DNA of 64,000 nucleotides from a virus (Duplodnaviria; Caudoviricetes), in IMG/VR virus record IMGVR_UViG_3300048930_000991, positions 1,414 through 65,413 of that record; one strand, 5' to 3'. The translations under genes were made by a program, and so were the position numbers. Below are positions 28,652 to 37,549 of this stretch, piece after piece (position 1 is the stretch's first letter; each line of letters begins with the position of its first letter). The notes beneath the pieces are model-generated. The model saw only the letters and a list, made by a program, of their open reading frames with translations. It searched no databases and was not told the origin of the DNA.

Positions 28652-30562
28652 TCAGCGCAGCCAGCCGTGGCGCGGCGCGAGCCAGCCACGCGGACGATGG
28701 GCGTCGGACGCGGCCGGCGGCGGAGCGACATGCCCGCCGATGGGAAGCTCGCTCGGTTGGAGCGGGGCGTTGGCGACCTGCTCGCGCAGCTGCGCCCAAA
28801 ACCGCTCGCCATAGCGGTCGGCGCCGAGCAGCCAGAGCGCCGCGCGGGCCAGCACGGCGCAGTCCAGCGCTTCGTTCCGTTCCCTGAGCTTCGCCCATTC
28901 CTGCCGGGCGAAGCCGCGACGATCGTTGGTGGTGCGCAGCTGCTCGGCGACCAGCTGCTTGACCCACTCCGCCTCGATGCCCCGCGGCAGATGCACCCAG
29001 CCGGGCGGGAATTCCTCGGCGTCGCCGCGGCCGAGCCAGAGCCGGCGGTACAGGTCGGCCTTCCAGGTCGAGACCGAGACCGTCCAGAGCTTCAGGCCCC
29101 GCCGGAGCTTGCGACCATCGACCAGCGCATCCACCGGCGTCGGCCCCTGGACAGGTTGCGCTCGGTTCCAGCCATCCACGCCCTTGGTCGGGGCGATGCG
29201 TGGATCCCGCAGGCGACGGAGATGGCCATAGACGGCGGCGGTGTCGCGCCCGCCGGTATCCACGCAGAGCCGGGCGATGCGCATCGCGCCGCCGCCATGG
29301 CGTGGCCAGTCGCGCGCCAGCAGTTTGGCGAGTTCGTCCCAGGGCTCGCGGTCCCGCGGGCTGCCCGGGATCACCACGTGATCGACGAGCCACGACGAGA
29401 AGCCCTCCGCCCAGCCCCAGACGTCGCATTCCAGGCGATCGTCCTGAACGTCCACGCCGGCGGTCAGCACCAGCGCGCCCGCAGGCACGACGCCCATGGC
29501 GAAATCCTCGCGGCGCTCGACGAGCCGCTCCCAATCCGGCGCCTCGCCCTGCTCCTGCCAGGTCTCGCCCAGCACGGTGTTCTTGAAGGTCTTGATGTCC
29601 TCGGGCTTGCCCTGCGCTGCCTCCCAATCCCGAGCGATCTGCGCCCAGGACAGCCAGCCCACCGGCGAGTAGAGCGCCGAGATGTGGAAGCCGATCGTGT
29701 GCGGATCCTGGCCCTCGGCCGTCGCGCGCCATTCCCCACCGCCGAGCATGGCGGTCTTATCGTGCTCCTGCATCGGGTGGTCGCAGGCCGAGCAGTGATA
29801 CCGTGCCGTCTCCGGCGCGCCCTTCTCCCAGAGCAAACGCTCGAAGCGCAGCCACTGCATCTCGCCGCATTCCGGGCACGGCACGAAGAAGCGCCGCTGG
29901 TCGCTGGCCAGATACTCCCGCTCGATGCGGCTGCGGCCGGCGATGGTCGGCGTGCTGACCAAGAAAGCCTTGCGGCGCCAGCCGAAGGTGCGGGCGCGCG
30001 CCTCGGCCAGGGCAATCGGATCGCCCTCGCCGGCGACATCGCCGGGATAGGCGTCCACCTCGTCGAGGAACAGGAACCGCGCCGTCATCGAGCGCAGCCC
30101 GACCGCGCTGTTCGCACCCGTCAGCACCAGGATGCCGCCGGGGAATTCCTTCGACAGCATCGTGTTGCCGCTGTCGCGCGCCCGTGCCGGCGTAACCCTC
30201 TCCCGCAGCGCGGGCGTTTCCTCCAGCAGGGGATCGATGCGCTGCCGCGAGAAGCGCTTGGCCAGCTCCACGGTCGGCTGCACCGCCAGCGCGGGCGCCG
30301 GCACGTGGTGCATGATGTAGCCGAGCCAGTTGTTGCCGCTTTCGGTGGCGCCGACCTGCGCGCCCTTCATGAACACGACGCGCCGGGCCGGATGCACCGC
30401 CGACAGCGCGTCCATCACGTCCTTCAAATAGGGCGTGCGGCTGGTGCGCCACGGCCCTGGCTCGGCCGAGGCGCGGCTGCCGAGCATGCGGTGCAGCTCG
30501 GCCCATTCCGACACCGTGAGCTGCGGCGGGGGCCGGAGCATGGCGCCGACACGCCGGCGCAC
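28652..30562 (-). CDS. terL: Terminase large subunit (lambda gpA family)
   Basis: MKGAQVGATE Walker A, LFLDEVD Walker B, STPT, CPEC zinc motif, GVDVQ and NEALDC nuclease motifs. Confidence 0.95.
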   Translation of the reverse strand: MRRRVGAMLRPPPQLTVSEWAELHRMLGSRASAEPGPWRTSRTPYLKDVMDALSAVHPARRVVFMKGAQVGATESGNNWLGYIMHHVPAPALAVQPTVELAKRFSRQRIDPLLEETPALRERVTPARARDSGNTMLSKEFPGGILVLTGANSAVGLRSMTARFLFLDEVDAYPGDVAGEGDPIALAEARARTFGWRRKAFLVSTPTIAGRSRIEREYLASDQRRFFVPCPECGEMQWLRFERLLWEKGAPETARYHCSACDHPMQEHDKTAMLGGGEWRATAEGQDPHTIGFHISALYSPVGWLSWAQIARDWEAAQGKPEDIKTFKNTVLGETWQEQGEAPDWERLVERREDFAMGVVPAGALVLTAGVDVQDDRLECDVWGWAEGFSSWLVDHVVIPGSPRDREPWDELAKLLARDWPRHGGGAMRIARLCVDTGGRDTAAVYGHLRRLRDPRIAPTKGVDGWNRAQPVQGPTPVDALVDGRKLRRGLKLWTVSVSTWKADLYRRLWLGRGDAEEFPPGWVHLPRGIEAEWVKQLVAEQLRTTNDRRGFARQEWAKLRERNEALDCAVLARAALWLLGADRYGERFWAQLREQVANAPLQPSELPIGGHVAPPPAASDAHRPRGWLAPRHGWLR

Positions 30563-30566
30563 ATGC

Positions 30567-31082
30567 TCACGGCTGCGGAGCCCGATCCCCTCCGAGGCCT
30601 GCTGGATCGAAGCGATCGGCCGCCTCCGTCAGCAGGTCGGTGATGTGGCTCTGCAGGATGGTCTGCAGCAGATGCGGATCGACGCTGATCTCGGCAGCGA
30701 TCAGGCCCGACACGCGGGCCGGCCAGTTCAGCAGCGCGTCACGCATCGTGCTGCCGATCTCGTCGAGCGCGGCATTCGCCTCGGTGACATCGACCAGGCG
30801 GCGCTTGGTCTCATCCAGCGAGAGGCGCTGCGCCTCCACCTTCAGCGCGAGCTGCGCGACCTTCAGCCGGGCGAAGGGCGTGCCATCCGCACCGGCACCG
30901 CTGGCCAGGGGCGAGCGGGCGGGGTCGGCGGTCTCGGTCAGGCGGCGTCGGGTCTTGTCGATATCCCACTGGCCGTCCGGCTCGCGGGCGATGCGGTTGG
31001 TCTGCTCGGCCTTGCGCAGCGCGGTCTCGGTGATGCCGATGCGGCGGGCGGCCTCGCGGGTCGAAGGCGTGAGTTCTGGCAC
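30567..31082 (-). CDS. terS: Terminase small subunit (Nu1-like)
   Basis: N-terminal wHTH STREAARRIGITETALRKA, coiled coil, RDALLNWPAR; directly upstream of terL. Confidence 0.8.
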   Translation of the reverse strand: MPELTPSTREAARRIGITETALRKAEQTNRIAREPDGQWDIDKTRRRLTETADPARSPLASGAGADGTPFARLKVAQLALKVEAQRLSLDETKRRLVDVTEANAALDEIGSTMRDALLNWPARVSGLIAAEISVDPHLLQTILQSHITDLLTEAADRFDPAGLGGDRAPQP

Positions 31083-31105
31083 GGCGGCATGTCTCCCGCC
31101 GCGGC

Positions 31106-31207
31106 GATGGTGACGAGCGTGGGAAAGGGCCCGGACTGCTCATGCCCGGCCTGGGGGTCGAACCGCAGCCAGATGATGCGGCCCGAGTCCGGGACGTAAG
31201 GCGCGTA
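31106..31207 (-). pseudogene. MazF toxin remnant
   Basis: Frame after the mazE stop reads YAPYVPDSGRIIWLRFDPQAGHEQSGPFP (MazF N-terminus) with no in-frame start; the conserved RP is replaced by FP and the rest is missing. Confidence 0.7.
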
Positions 31208-31450
31208 TCACCACACCTCACGGCCCTTCGGCGGGCCAAAGTGGACCGCATCGTGGCAGTTCTCATCGGTGATGCCGTCGAGCAGCGCGGCCAGGTCGTA
31301 GGCCGCTTCGTGGACGGGCTCGATGATGATCCGCCCCGCCTCCTCGCGGATCTCGACCGCCTGGTCCACCGAGAGGCGCGCGGCCGCCATGACCGGCGCG
31401 GGGATGCGCACGGAGGCACTGTTGCCCCACTTCTTCACGATCACGCGCAT
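31208..31450 (-). CDS. mazE: MazE-family antitoxin
   Basis: VKKWGNSASVRIP...YDLAALLDGITDEN...GREVW. Confidence 0.88.
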   Translation of the reverse strand: MRVIVKKWGNSASVRIPAPVMAAARLSVDQAVEIREEAGRIIIEPVHEAAYDLAALLDGITDENCHDAVHFGPPKGREVW

Positions 31451-31524
31451 GACACCCTCTGCCTGCTCCTCGCGCAGAGGAGGAAGGGAGGACGGCGGCA
31501 TGTGTCAACGATACTGATACAAAC

Positions 31525-31553
31525 CCGCCGGGGATCCCGATGATCCCCGGCGG
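31525..31553 (-). terminator. Hairpin, probable terminator after the DUF3489 gene
   Basis: Perfect 12-bp inverted repeat CCGCCGGGGATC/GATCCCCGGCGG followed on the minus strand by GTTTGT. Confidence 0.5.
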
Positions 31554-31587
31554 CGGCGATAAGCGCTGGAGTTGCGGTTGGCCGTCG

Positions 31588-32379
31588 TCACTCGGCGATG
31601 CGGTAGATGCTGTAGGACCCGCGGGCGCCCTCCTTGTTCGGGCCGACCTGCCGGACGCGCTCCAGCACCTGCACCTCGATCCCCTGGCGCTTCTTCAGGC
31701 CCGCAAAGAAGCCGCGGACCGTGTGCTGCTGCCAGCCGGTGGACTCGCAGATCTGCGCGATGGTCGCGCCCTCCTCGCGGCGGAGCAGGGCCAGCACCGC
31801 CTCCTGCTTCGTGCCCTCGCGCGGCTTCCGCGAGGCGCCGGGCTCGCGCTGCGCGCGGGGCGGCTTGCCTGCCAGGGCGGCGCGGAGGGCGGCCATCGGG
31901 CCGTCGAGGGCGGCGATGATATCCGTCTCGCGGTTGGCCTCGTCGTACCAGGCGGCCAGCACCGCGACGGCGGCGTCGCGCAGGCTCGCACGCCGGGTGG
32001 GCGTGGGCGCGCCCTGGGCGGGTTCGGCTTCCTCCGCGCGGGCGTCTCCCTCAGCGGCGTCCTCCCCGCCCGTGGGCGCCGTGTCGGCGAACGGGGCGGC
32101 GCCCTTCGCGTCGTCCTCGTTCGGGTCAATGCCGATGGCGCGCAGCCCCTCGTCGGTGATGCGCGCCACGATCCAGGTCCCGTCCTCATCCTGCCGCCAG
32201 CCGAGGCCGACATGCTCGCGCGGGGCGTTGATCTCGGTGAGCAGGTTGGTCTTGATCAGGCTGCGGAACACCGCGTTGCGGGCAGCGGCCGGCAGGGTCT
32301 TCGGCGCGCGGGCGAGGCCCATCTCGTGCTGCGCGGCGGCGCTCAGGATCACGCGCTGGGAGTCGGAAAGCTTCGTCAT
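31588..32379 (-). CDS. DUF3489-domain protein
   Basis: C-terminal TKQEAVLALLRREEGATIAQICESTGWQQHTVRG. Confidence 0.82.
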   Translation of the reverse strand: MTKLSDSQRVILSAAAQHEMGLARAPKTLPAAARNAVFRSLIKTNLLTEINAPREHVGLGWRQDEDGTWIVARITDEGLRAIGIDPNEDDAKGAAPFADTAPTGGEDAAEGDARAEEAEPAQGAPTPTRRASLRDAAVAVLAAWYDEANRETDIIAALDGPMAALRAALAGKPPRAQREPGASRKPREGTKQEAVLALLRREEGATIAQICESTGWQQHTVRGFFAGLKKRQGIEVQVLERVRQVGPNKEGARGSYSIYRIAE

Positions 32380-32476
32380 CGTGGTGGTCTCCGGTGTCGG
32401 GTGCCGACCATCGGCCCCTACTGCCGGGAGCCCCGCCGGCGCTGCCGGTCGGGGCCGCGGCGGGGTGTGCCGCGCG

Positions 32477-32704
32477 CTACTCGGCGAATTCGCCGCGCTT
32501 GAAGTAGCAATCCGTCACGCTCGCGAGCCGGCTGTTCCAGTGTTCGAGAGTCGCGGCCTTGCCCCAGAGGACCTCGTCGGGATCCGCCCCGAAGTGATCC
32601 GCGCTCATCTGCTGCAGTTCCGAGACCATCGCGTCGAAGCGGGCCTTCTGCTGGAGGAAGGCCTCGAGGCTCTTCTGCTGATTGCGGGCGGCGCGGTCGG
32701 TCAT
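32477..32704 (-). CDS. Small conserved phage protein
   Basis: GGAG RBS; SADHFGADPDEVLWG motif, commonly seen beside DUF3489 genes. Confidence 0.65.
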   Translation of the reverse strand: MTDRAARNQQKSLEAFLQQKARFDAMVSELQQMSADHFGADPDEVLWGKAATLEHWNSRLASVTDCYFKRGEFAE

Positions 32705-32889
32705 GCTGGTCTCCGTCGTGGTGCAGGGCATCCCCTGCGCGTGACGGAGCATTCGCGCTGTGCCGCGCGTGAGCCAAGCATCTACCACGCTGCAATCATT
32801 GCTTTCTTTCGGCGTTCCGGATCACATCCGCCTCCGTTTGTCCCGAGGCTGATCTTGCCAATTTTTGTCAAACGGACCATGCTCCGGGC

Positions 32890-33129
32890 ATGGGCACGAT
32901 GAACGTCTCCCTTCCCGACGCGCTGAAGGCCTTCGTCGACCAGCAGGTCGAAAGCGGCGGCTACAGCACGAGCAGCGAATACGTCCGCGAGCTGATCCGG
33001 AAGGATCAGGACCGCCAGCGCCTGCGCGGCCTGCTGCTGGCCGGAGCGGCGTCCCGCCCGGGCACCGTGGCTGACGACGCTTATTTCGACGGGCTGCGCC
33101 AACGTCTGCGCGGCGCCGATCGGGCGTGA
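32890..33129 (+). CDS. parD: ParD-family antitoxin (RHH)
   Basis: MNVSLPDALKAFVDQQVESGGYSTSSEYVRELIR. Confidence 0.9.
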   Translation: MGTMNVSLPDALKAFVDQQVESGGYSTSSEYVRELIRKDQDRQRLRGLLLAGAASRPGTVADDAYFDGLRQRLRGADRA

Positions 33130-33467
33130 CCGCGCGGCAGGTCATCCCGCGGGAGCTTGCGCTACAGGACGTCGACGAGGCGATCGCCCATTACCAGGCG
33201 GAGGGCGGCGATCCCCTCGCTCTGCGCTTCATCGACGCCCTACAGCAGGCGTTCCGCCGCCTGGGCGCGCATCCGGGCGTCGGCTCCCTCCGCTACGCCT
33301 ACGAGTTGGGCCTAGACGGGCTGCGCGCCTGGCCACTGCGGCGCTTTCCGTTCGTCGTATTCTACCGCGAGCAGCCCGACCACATCGACGTCTGGCGCGT
33401 GCTGCACGCCCAGCGCGACATCCCGGCCTGGATGGAGGACCCCGAGGCGCCGCCGGACGCGCCGTGA
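33126..33467 (+). CDS. parE: ParE/RelE-family toxin
   Basis: ALQDVDEAIAHY...FPFVVFY...VWRVLHAQRD; GTGA coupling to parD. Confidence 0.9.
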   Translation: MTARQVIPRELALQDVDEAIAHYQAEGGDPLALRFIDALQQAFRRLGAHPGVGSLRYAYELGLDGLRAWPLRRFPFVVFYREQPDHIDVWRVLHAQRDIPAWMEDPEAPPDAP

Positions 33468-34712
33468 TCACCCGGGTTGCCGGCCACGCGCCTCGGCGAT
33501 GTCGTCGAAGGTGCGATCTTCGGCATCGAGCACAGCCGTCCCGCCCGTCGACTCCTGCCAGCGACGCACGATCACATCGGCGTAGGCGGGGTCGATCTCC
33601 AGCAGCACGGCGCGCCGCCCAGTCCGCTCCGCCGCGATCATCGTCGTGCCGGAGCCGCCGAACGGATCCAGCACCGTGTCGCGCTGCTTGCTGCTGTTGC
33701 GGATCGCCCGCTCCACCAGCGCGACGGGCTTCATCGTCGGGTGAAGGTCGTTCCTGGCCGGCTTGTCGAAATGCCAGACGTTCCCCTGGTCGCGGGCGCC
33801 ACACCAGTAATGCTGCGCGCCGGCCTTCCAGCCATAGAGCATCGCCTCGAATTGCTGGTGGTAGTCGGCGCGGCCGAGCGCGAAGGTGTTCTTCGCCCAG
33901 ATGATCGTGCTCGACCACTTCCCGCCGGCCTCCTGCCAGGCGCGGTGCAGCGTCGGCCATTCCGACGACGACATGCAGACGTAGCAGGCGCCCTTCGTCA
34001 CCGAGAGCAGGTTGGCCAGCGCCGGGCGGAGGAAGTCCAGGAAGCCCTGGCCCAGCGCGTCGTTGGCGATGGTCATCCTGGCCGCGGTGCCGCCCTGGTA
34101 GGCGACGTTGTAGGGCGGATCCGTGAGGGCCATGTCGGCCAGCCGATCAGCGCCGAGGGCGCGCTGCACGTCGTCGAGCTTCGTGGCGTCGCCGCAAAGC
34201 AGGCGGTGGTCGCCGCAGCGCCAGAGGTCGCCGGTGCGCGTGACGGGAGTGACCGGCAGTGGCGGCGCCTCGTCGGCATCATCCGCAAGGCCGGCATCGG
34301 CAGCTGCCAGCAGCCGGTCCAACTCCATGCCGGAGAAGCCCAGCAAGTCCAGGTCGACCACCGCCTCGCCGCGGATCCGCGCAATCTCGGTGGCCAGCAG
34401 CGCCTCGTCCCACCCGGAGTTCAGCGCGATCTGGTTGTCGGCCAGCCGCAGCGCCCGCGCCTGCGCCTTGGTCAGGTGCGCGAGTCGGATCGCCGGCACC
34501 GCCGCCATACCAAGGCGCTTCGCGGCCATCACACGGCCATGGCCCGCGACCAGCACGCCAGCGGCATCCACGAGGACCGGGTTCACGAAGCCGAACTCGG
34601 CGATGGAGGCGGCGATCTGCGCCAGCTGGTCCTCGGAATGCGTTCGCGCGTTCTCCGCGTATGGAACCAGCGCGGCGACGGGGATGGTGGCGACCGCGAG
34701 ATCAGGCAGCAT
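33468..34712 (-). CDS. ParB-N domain + beta-class DNA methyltransferase (DPPY)
   Basis: NARTHS...AGHGR ParB-N; TDPPY; HPTMKP; LDPFGGSGTT. Confidence 0.92.
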   Translation of the reverse strand: MLPDLAVATIPVAALVPYAENARTHSEDQLAQIAASIAEFGFVNPVLVDAAGVLVAGHGRVMAAKRLGMAAVPAIRLAHLTKAQARALRLADNQIALNSGWDEALLATEIARIRGEAVVDLDLLGFSGMELDRLLAAADAGLADDADEAPPLPVTPVTRTGDLWRCGDHRLLCGDATKLDDVQRALGADRLADMALTDPPYNVAYQGGTAARMTIANDALGQGFLDFLRPALANLLSVTKGACYVCMSSSEWPTLHRAWQEAGGKWSSTIIWAKNTFALGRADYHQQFEAMLYGWKAGAQHYWCGARDQGNVWHFDKPARNDLHPTMKPVALVERAIRNSSKQRDTVLDPFGGSGTTMIAAERTGRRAVLLEIDPAYADVIVRRWQESTGGTAVLDAEDRTFDDIAEARGRQPG

Positions 34713-36171
34713 CGACCAACGCCTCCGCCCGCTCTGCAGCCACGGCATCGTAACCTCGGCCGTCGCCATCCAGCGTGACGTTCAGCTCGGGGAACAGCAT
34801 GCGGTAGCGAGCGATGGCGAGATCGACATAGGTCGGCGCGAGCTCGATCGCCCAGACCTTCCGCCCCGTGCGCTGTCCGGCGAGAATGGTGGTGCCGGAG
34901 CCCGCGAAGGGCTCGAAAACGGCATCGCCGAGATTGGCGTAGGCCTGCACGAGCAGCTCTGGCAGCGCGACGGGGAACACCGCCGGGTGCTCGGTCTCGA
35001 TGCCGCGGCCCTTGTGGCGGGTGATGCGCAGCACGCTGTCCGGGATGCGCATCTCCTGCACGGGCAGGCCGATATGGGTGTAGGCCTTCACCTCGCCGTC
35101 CGCCGCCCGTAGCCCGCTGCCCTTGTTCGGCGTGCCGGCCCATTTGCAGGGCACGATCTTGTTCGGGGCGCGGGCCTCGCGGTTGAAGTGAAACACCAGC
35201 TCGAAGGCGGGTGCGAGGCGGCCGTTCCAGTCGCCCGGCAGGCCGGGCCCCTGGTCCCAGGCGTAGAGCCCGAAGCGCCGCCAGCCTTGGGCGCGCATCC
35301 AGTCCAGCCAGCCCTGCCAATAGGGCTGCCACTCGCCCTCGCGGTGGATCAGGCCCAGGTTCACGAGCACCTGGCCATTCCCGGTGAGGACTGTTGGTAG
35401 ATGCTGGAACACGCCCTGCATCAGCGCGTCCCAATCCGAGACGCCGCCGGTGGTATAGGCGCGCTGGTTCCCGTACGGCGGGGAGGTGAAGAGCAGCGCC
35501 GCGCGGTCCGCGCCCATGACGCGGGCGACCGACGCGGCATCGGTGCTGTCGCCGCAGAGCAGGCGGTGCTCGCCGAGCAGCCAGAGGTCGCCGGGTCGGG
35601 TGACGGCCTGGCGCGGCGGGTTCGGCTCGGCGTCGGCGGGATCATCCTCCGCCGCTGCCTCATCCGTCCCCGCCGCGCCGTCCCCGCCCCCCTGGACCGC
35701 GGGCGCCGACAGGGCCTCGGGCGCATCGCCGTCGGACACGGCATTTCCAGCCGCCGCGAGGATGTCGTCGAGCTCCGCGGCCGAGAAGCCGAGCGCCGCC
35801 AAGTCGAGGTCAGGCGCCGTCTGCGCCGCGGCGAGCGCATCGCGCAGGAGCGCCTGGTCCCAGGTCGCGTTCTCCGCGATGCGGTTGTCAGCAAGCCGCA
35901 GCGCCTCCTTCTGCGCCGCGGACAGATGCCGCAGCACGATCGTCGGCACCTTCTCGATGTCGAGTGCGACGGCGGCCGCGAGCCGGCCATGGCCGGCGAT
36001 CAGCGCGCCGTCCTCGTCCACCAGCAGCGGGTTGGTGAAGCCGAAGGCCAGCATGCTGACCTTGATCTGCTCGATCTGCGCGGCGCCGTGCACGCGCGCA
36101 TTGCCGGGATGCGCACGCAGCTCCGCCACCGGGCGCAGCAGGATCTTCGCTGCCATCCAGGGGAGCGTCAT
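34702..36171 (-). CDS. ParB-N domain + beta-class DNA methyltransferase (SPPY)
   Basis: NARVH...AGHGR; FTSPPY; HPAVFP; FEPFAGSGTT; start re-called at ATG 36171. Confidence 0.92.
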   Translation of the reverse strand: MTLPWMAAKILLRPVAELRAHPGNARVHGAAQIEQIKVSMLAFGFTNPLLVDEDGALIAGHGRLAAAVALDIEKVPTIVLRHLSAAQKEALRLADNRIAENATWDQALLRDALAAAQTAPDLDLAALGFSAAELDDILAAAGNAVSDGDAPEALSAPAVQGGGDGAAGTDEAAAEDDPADAEPNPPRQAVTRPGDLWLLGEHRLLCGDSTDAASVARVMGADRAALLFTSPPYGNQRAYTTGGVSDWDALMQGVFQHLPTVLTGNGQVLVNLGLIHREGEWQPYWQGWLDWMRAQGWRRFGLYAWDQGPGLPGDWNGRLAPAFELVFHFNREARAPNKIVPCKWAGTPNKGSGLRAADGEVKAYTHIGLPVQEMRIPDSVLRITRHKGRGIETEHPAVFPVALPELLVQAYANLGDAVFEPFAGSGTTILAGQRTGRKVWAIELAPTYVDLAIARYRMLFPELNVTLDGDGRGYDAVAAERAEALVDAA

Positions 36172-36195
36172 CGGGCCATCCGGAATGAGGGTGGG

Positions 36196-36288
36196 TGCGA
36201 ACCGTGCGAACCGCGGCTGCGAACCGACGCGGCCATGGTTCGCAGCTAAGCGATTGAGATCAGGGCCGAAGGGTGCGAACTGCGAACC
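36196..36288. repeat. TGCGAAC repeat cluster (candidate cosB / TerS-binding sites)
   Basis: TGCGAAC at 36196, 36205, 36218, 36274 and 36281; inverted copy at 36238-36244. Confidence 0.6.
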
Positions 36289-36312
36289 ATTTTTCGGGCC
36301 AGGCGCTAGCGA

Positions 36313-36359
36313 TGTTGCGCGCTTCCGCCCCCCGCATACGCCTGGCCCAGGAAGGACCC
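36313..36359 (-). other. Candidate cos site (cosQ + cosN-like)
   Basis: Minus strand reads GGGTCCT (identical to lambda cosQ), then about 16 nt later TATGCGGGGGGCGGAAGCGCGCA (cosN-like partial dyad). Confidence 0.55.
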
Positions 36360-36525
36360 TGCGGCTCGTGAGCCACTGTCTCGATTGAGCGACGCTGTGG
36401 TTGGCGAGCCGCGGTGCAGACGGCTGCACCCGCAATTCATCATCGTGGGGAGAGTCTACGAGATGCGGATTCCGCTTCGCCAGCGGGTGAATTGTAACAG
36501 CGCGGAGCGGCCGTCGCGCGCTGTC

Positions 36526-36837
36526 TCAGCCCTTCGCAGCCTTGCGCTTGGCCTTCTTGAGGCCGCCCAGCGCCGCCATCTTCAGGGCCGGGCTCGCCTT
36601 GAACTTCACCGTCGCACCCGCCTTCACGGGCACCTTCTCACCCGTGCGCGGATTCAGCGCCGTGCGCTTCGGCGTCTCGCGCACGACGAAGGCGCCGAAG
36701 TCGGGGATCGTGAAACGGCCGCTCGCGACGATCTCACCCTTGATCGCCTCGATGATGTCGCCAGCCAGCTTGGTCGCCGCGACGCCGGACAAGTCGGTGG
36801 AATTTGCGATGACGTCGGTCAGGAACTTCTTCGACAC
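36526..36837 (-). CDS. HU/IHF-family DNA-binding protein
   Basis: IPDFGAF...RTALNPRTGEKVPVKA...VKFKAS; start re-called at GTG 36837. Confidence 0.92.
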   Translation of the reverse strand: MSKKFLTDVIANSTDLSGVAATKLAGDIIEAIKGEIVASGRFTIPDFGAFVVRETPKRTALNPRTGEKVPVKAGATVKFKASPALKMAALGGLKKAKRKAAKG

Positions 36838-36928
36838 AGACTGGATCTCCGTTGCAGAGCGCGTGCCATAGCGAAGCCAAGGCAGACTGTCAGCAACCAT
36901 CGCGGCATGGCTGTGCAGGCCACGCTGA

Positions 36929-37264
36929 CTACAGCGCGTTGCGTGCGCGCTCCACGGCGTCCCGTGTCGCGACCAACGCCGCCAAGGTGACGCCCGCCTG
37001 CTTCACCGCAGCCGCCTCGTCGGGATCGACATAGGAGACCTGCTCCTCGGCATCGACGACGCCGGAGGCCAGTTGCTCGTGCAGTTCGTCCAGCCTGGTC
37101 TTCACGTCAGCCGGATCGGCATCGGCCTCGCCTAGCCATTCACCGACGATTAGCTCGACCTCGCGCGCCATGCGCGTCGGCTGAACCCCACGCGTCGCCA
37201 TCGTCTGCAGACGCACCAGCGCTGCATCAAGCGGGCGTGTCGCCGCCCGACGACGTGCTGCCAT
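36929..37264 (-). CDS. Hypothetical helical protein downstream of a LexA-like box
   Basis: GGAGG RBS before ATG 37264. Confidence 0.65.
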   Translation of the reverse strand: MAARRRAATRPLDAALVRLQTMATRGVQPTRMAREVELIVGEWLGEADADPADVKTRLDELHEQLASGVVDAEEQVSYVDPDEAAAVKQAGVTLAALVATRDAVERARNAL

Positions 37265-37300
37265 GACCGTCCTCCGTTGTGAGCACGGCCTTTCTATCAT

Positions 37301-37315
37301 GTTCTTGTATTGTTC
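37301..37315. promoter_or_regulatory. Alphaproteobacterial LexA (SOS) box
   Basis: GTTC-TTGTATT-GTTC, an exact GTTC-N7-GTTC in an AT-rich intergenic stretch. Confidence 0.65.
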
Positions 37316-37338
37316 TCATAGGGGCGATATGGGTCCGC

Positions 37339-37545
37339 ATGCCCGATGGCGAGCTGCCCCGCCTCCCTCCGCCGTGGCTGAGCGTCTCAACGCTGGCCGC
37401 CGCGCGGGCTGCGCGGCGACCTCCCGATCCCTTCACCAGGGTCGACACCAGCAGGGCGGTGCACAATGCCATCCTGGCCCATCATCCAGCCCTGCCGTTC
37501 ACGCTGATCAACGAGGCCGCCGCCTTCGTGCTCGGCATGGAGTGA
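37339..37545 (+). CDS. Small hypothetical protein
   Basis: 68 aa ORF divergent from the LexA-like box; start uncertain. Confidence 0.4.
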   Translation: MPDGELPRLPPPWLSVSTLAAARAARRPPDPFTRVDTSRAVHNAILAHHPALPFTLINEAAAFVLGME

Positions 37546-37549
37546 CCGT

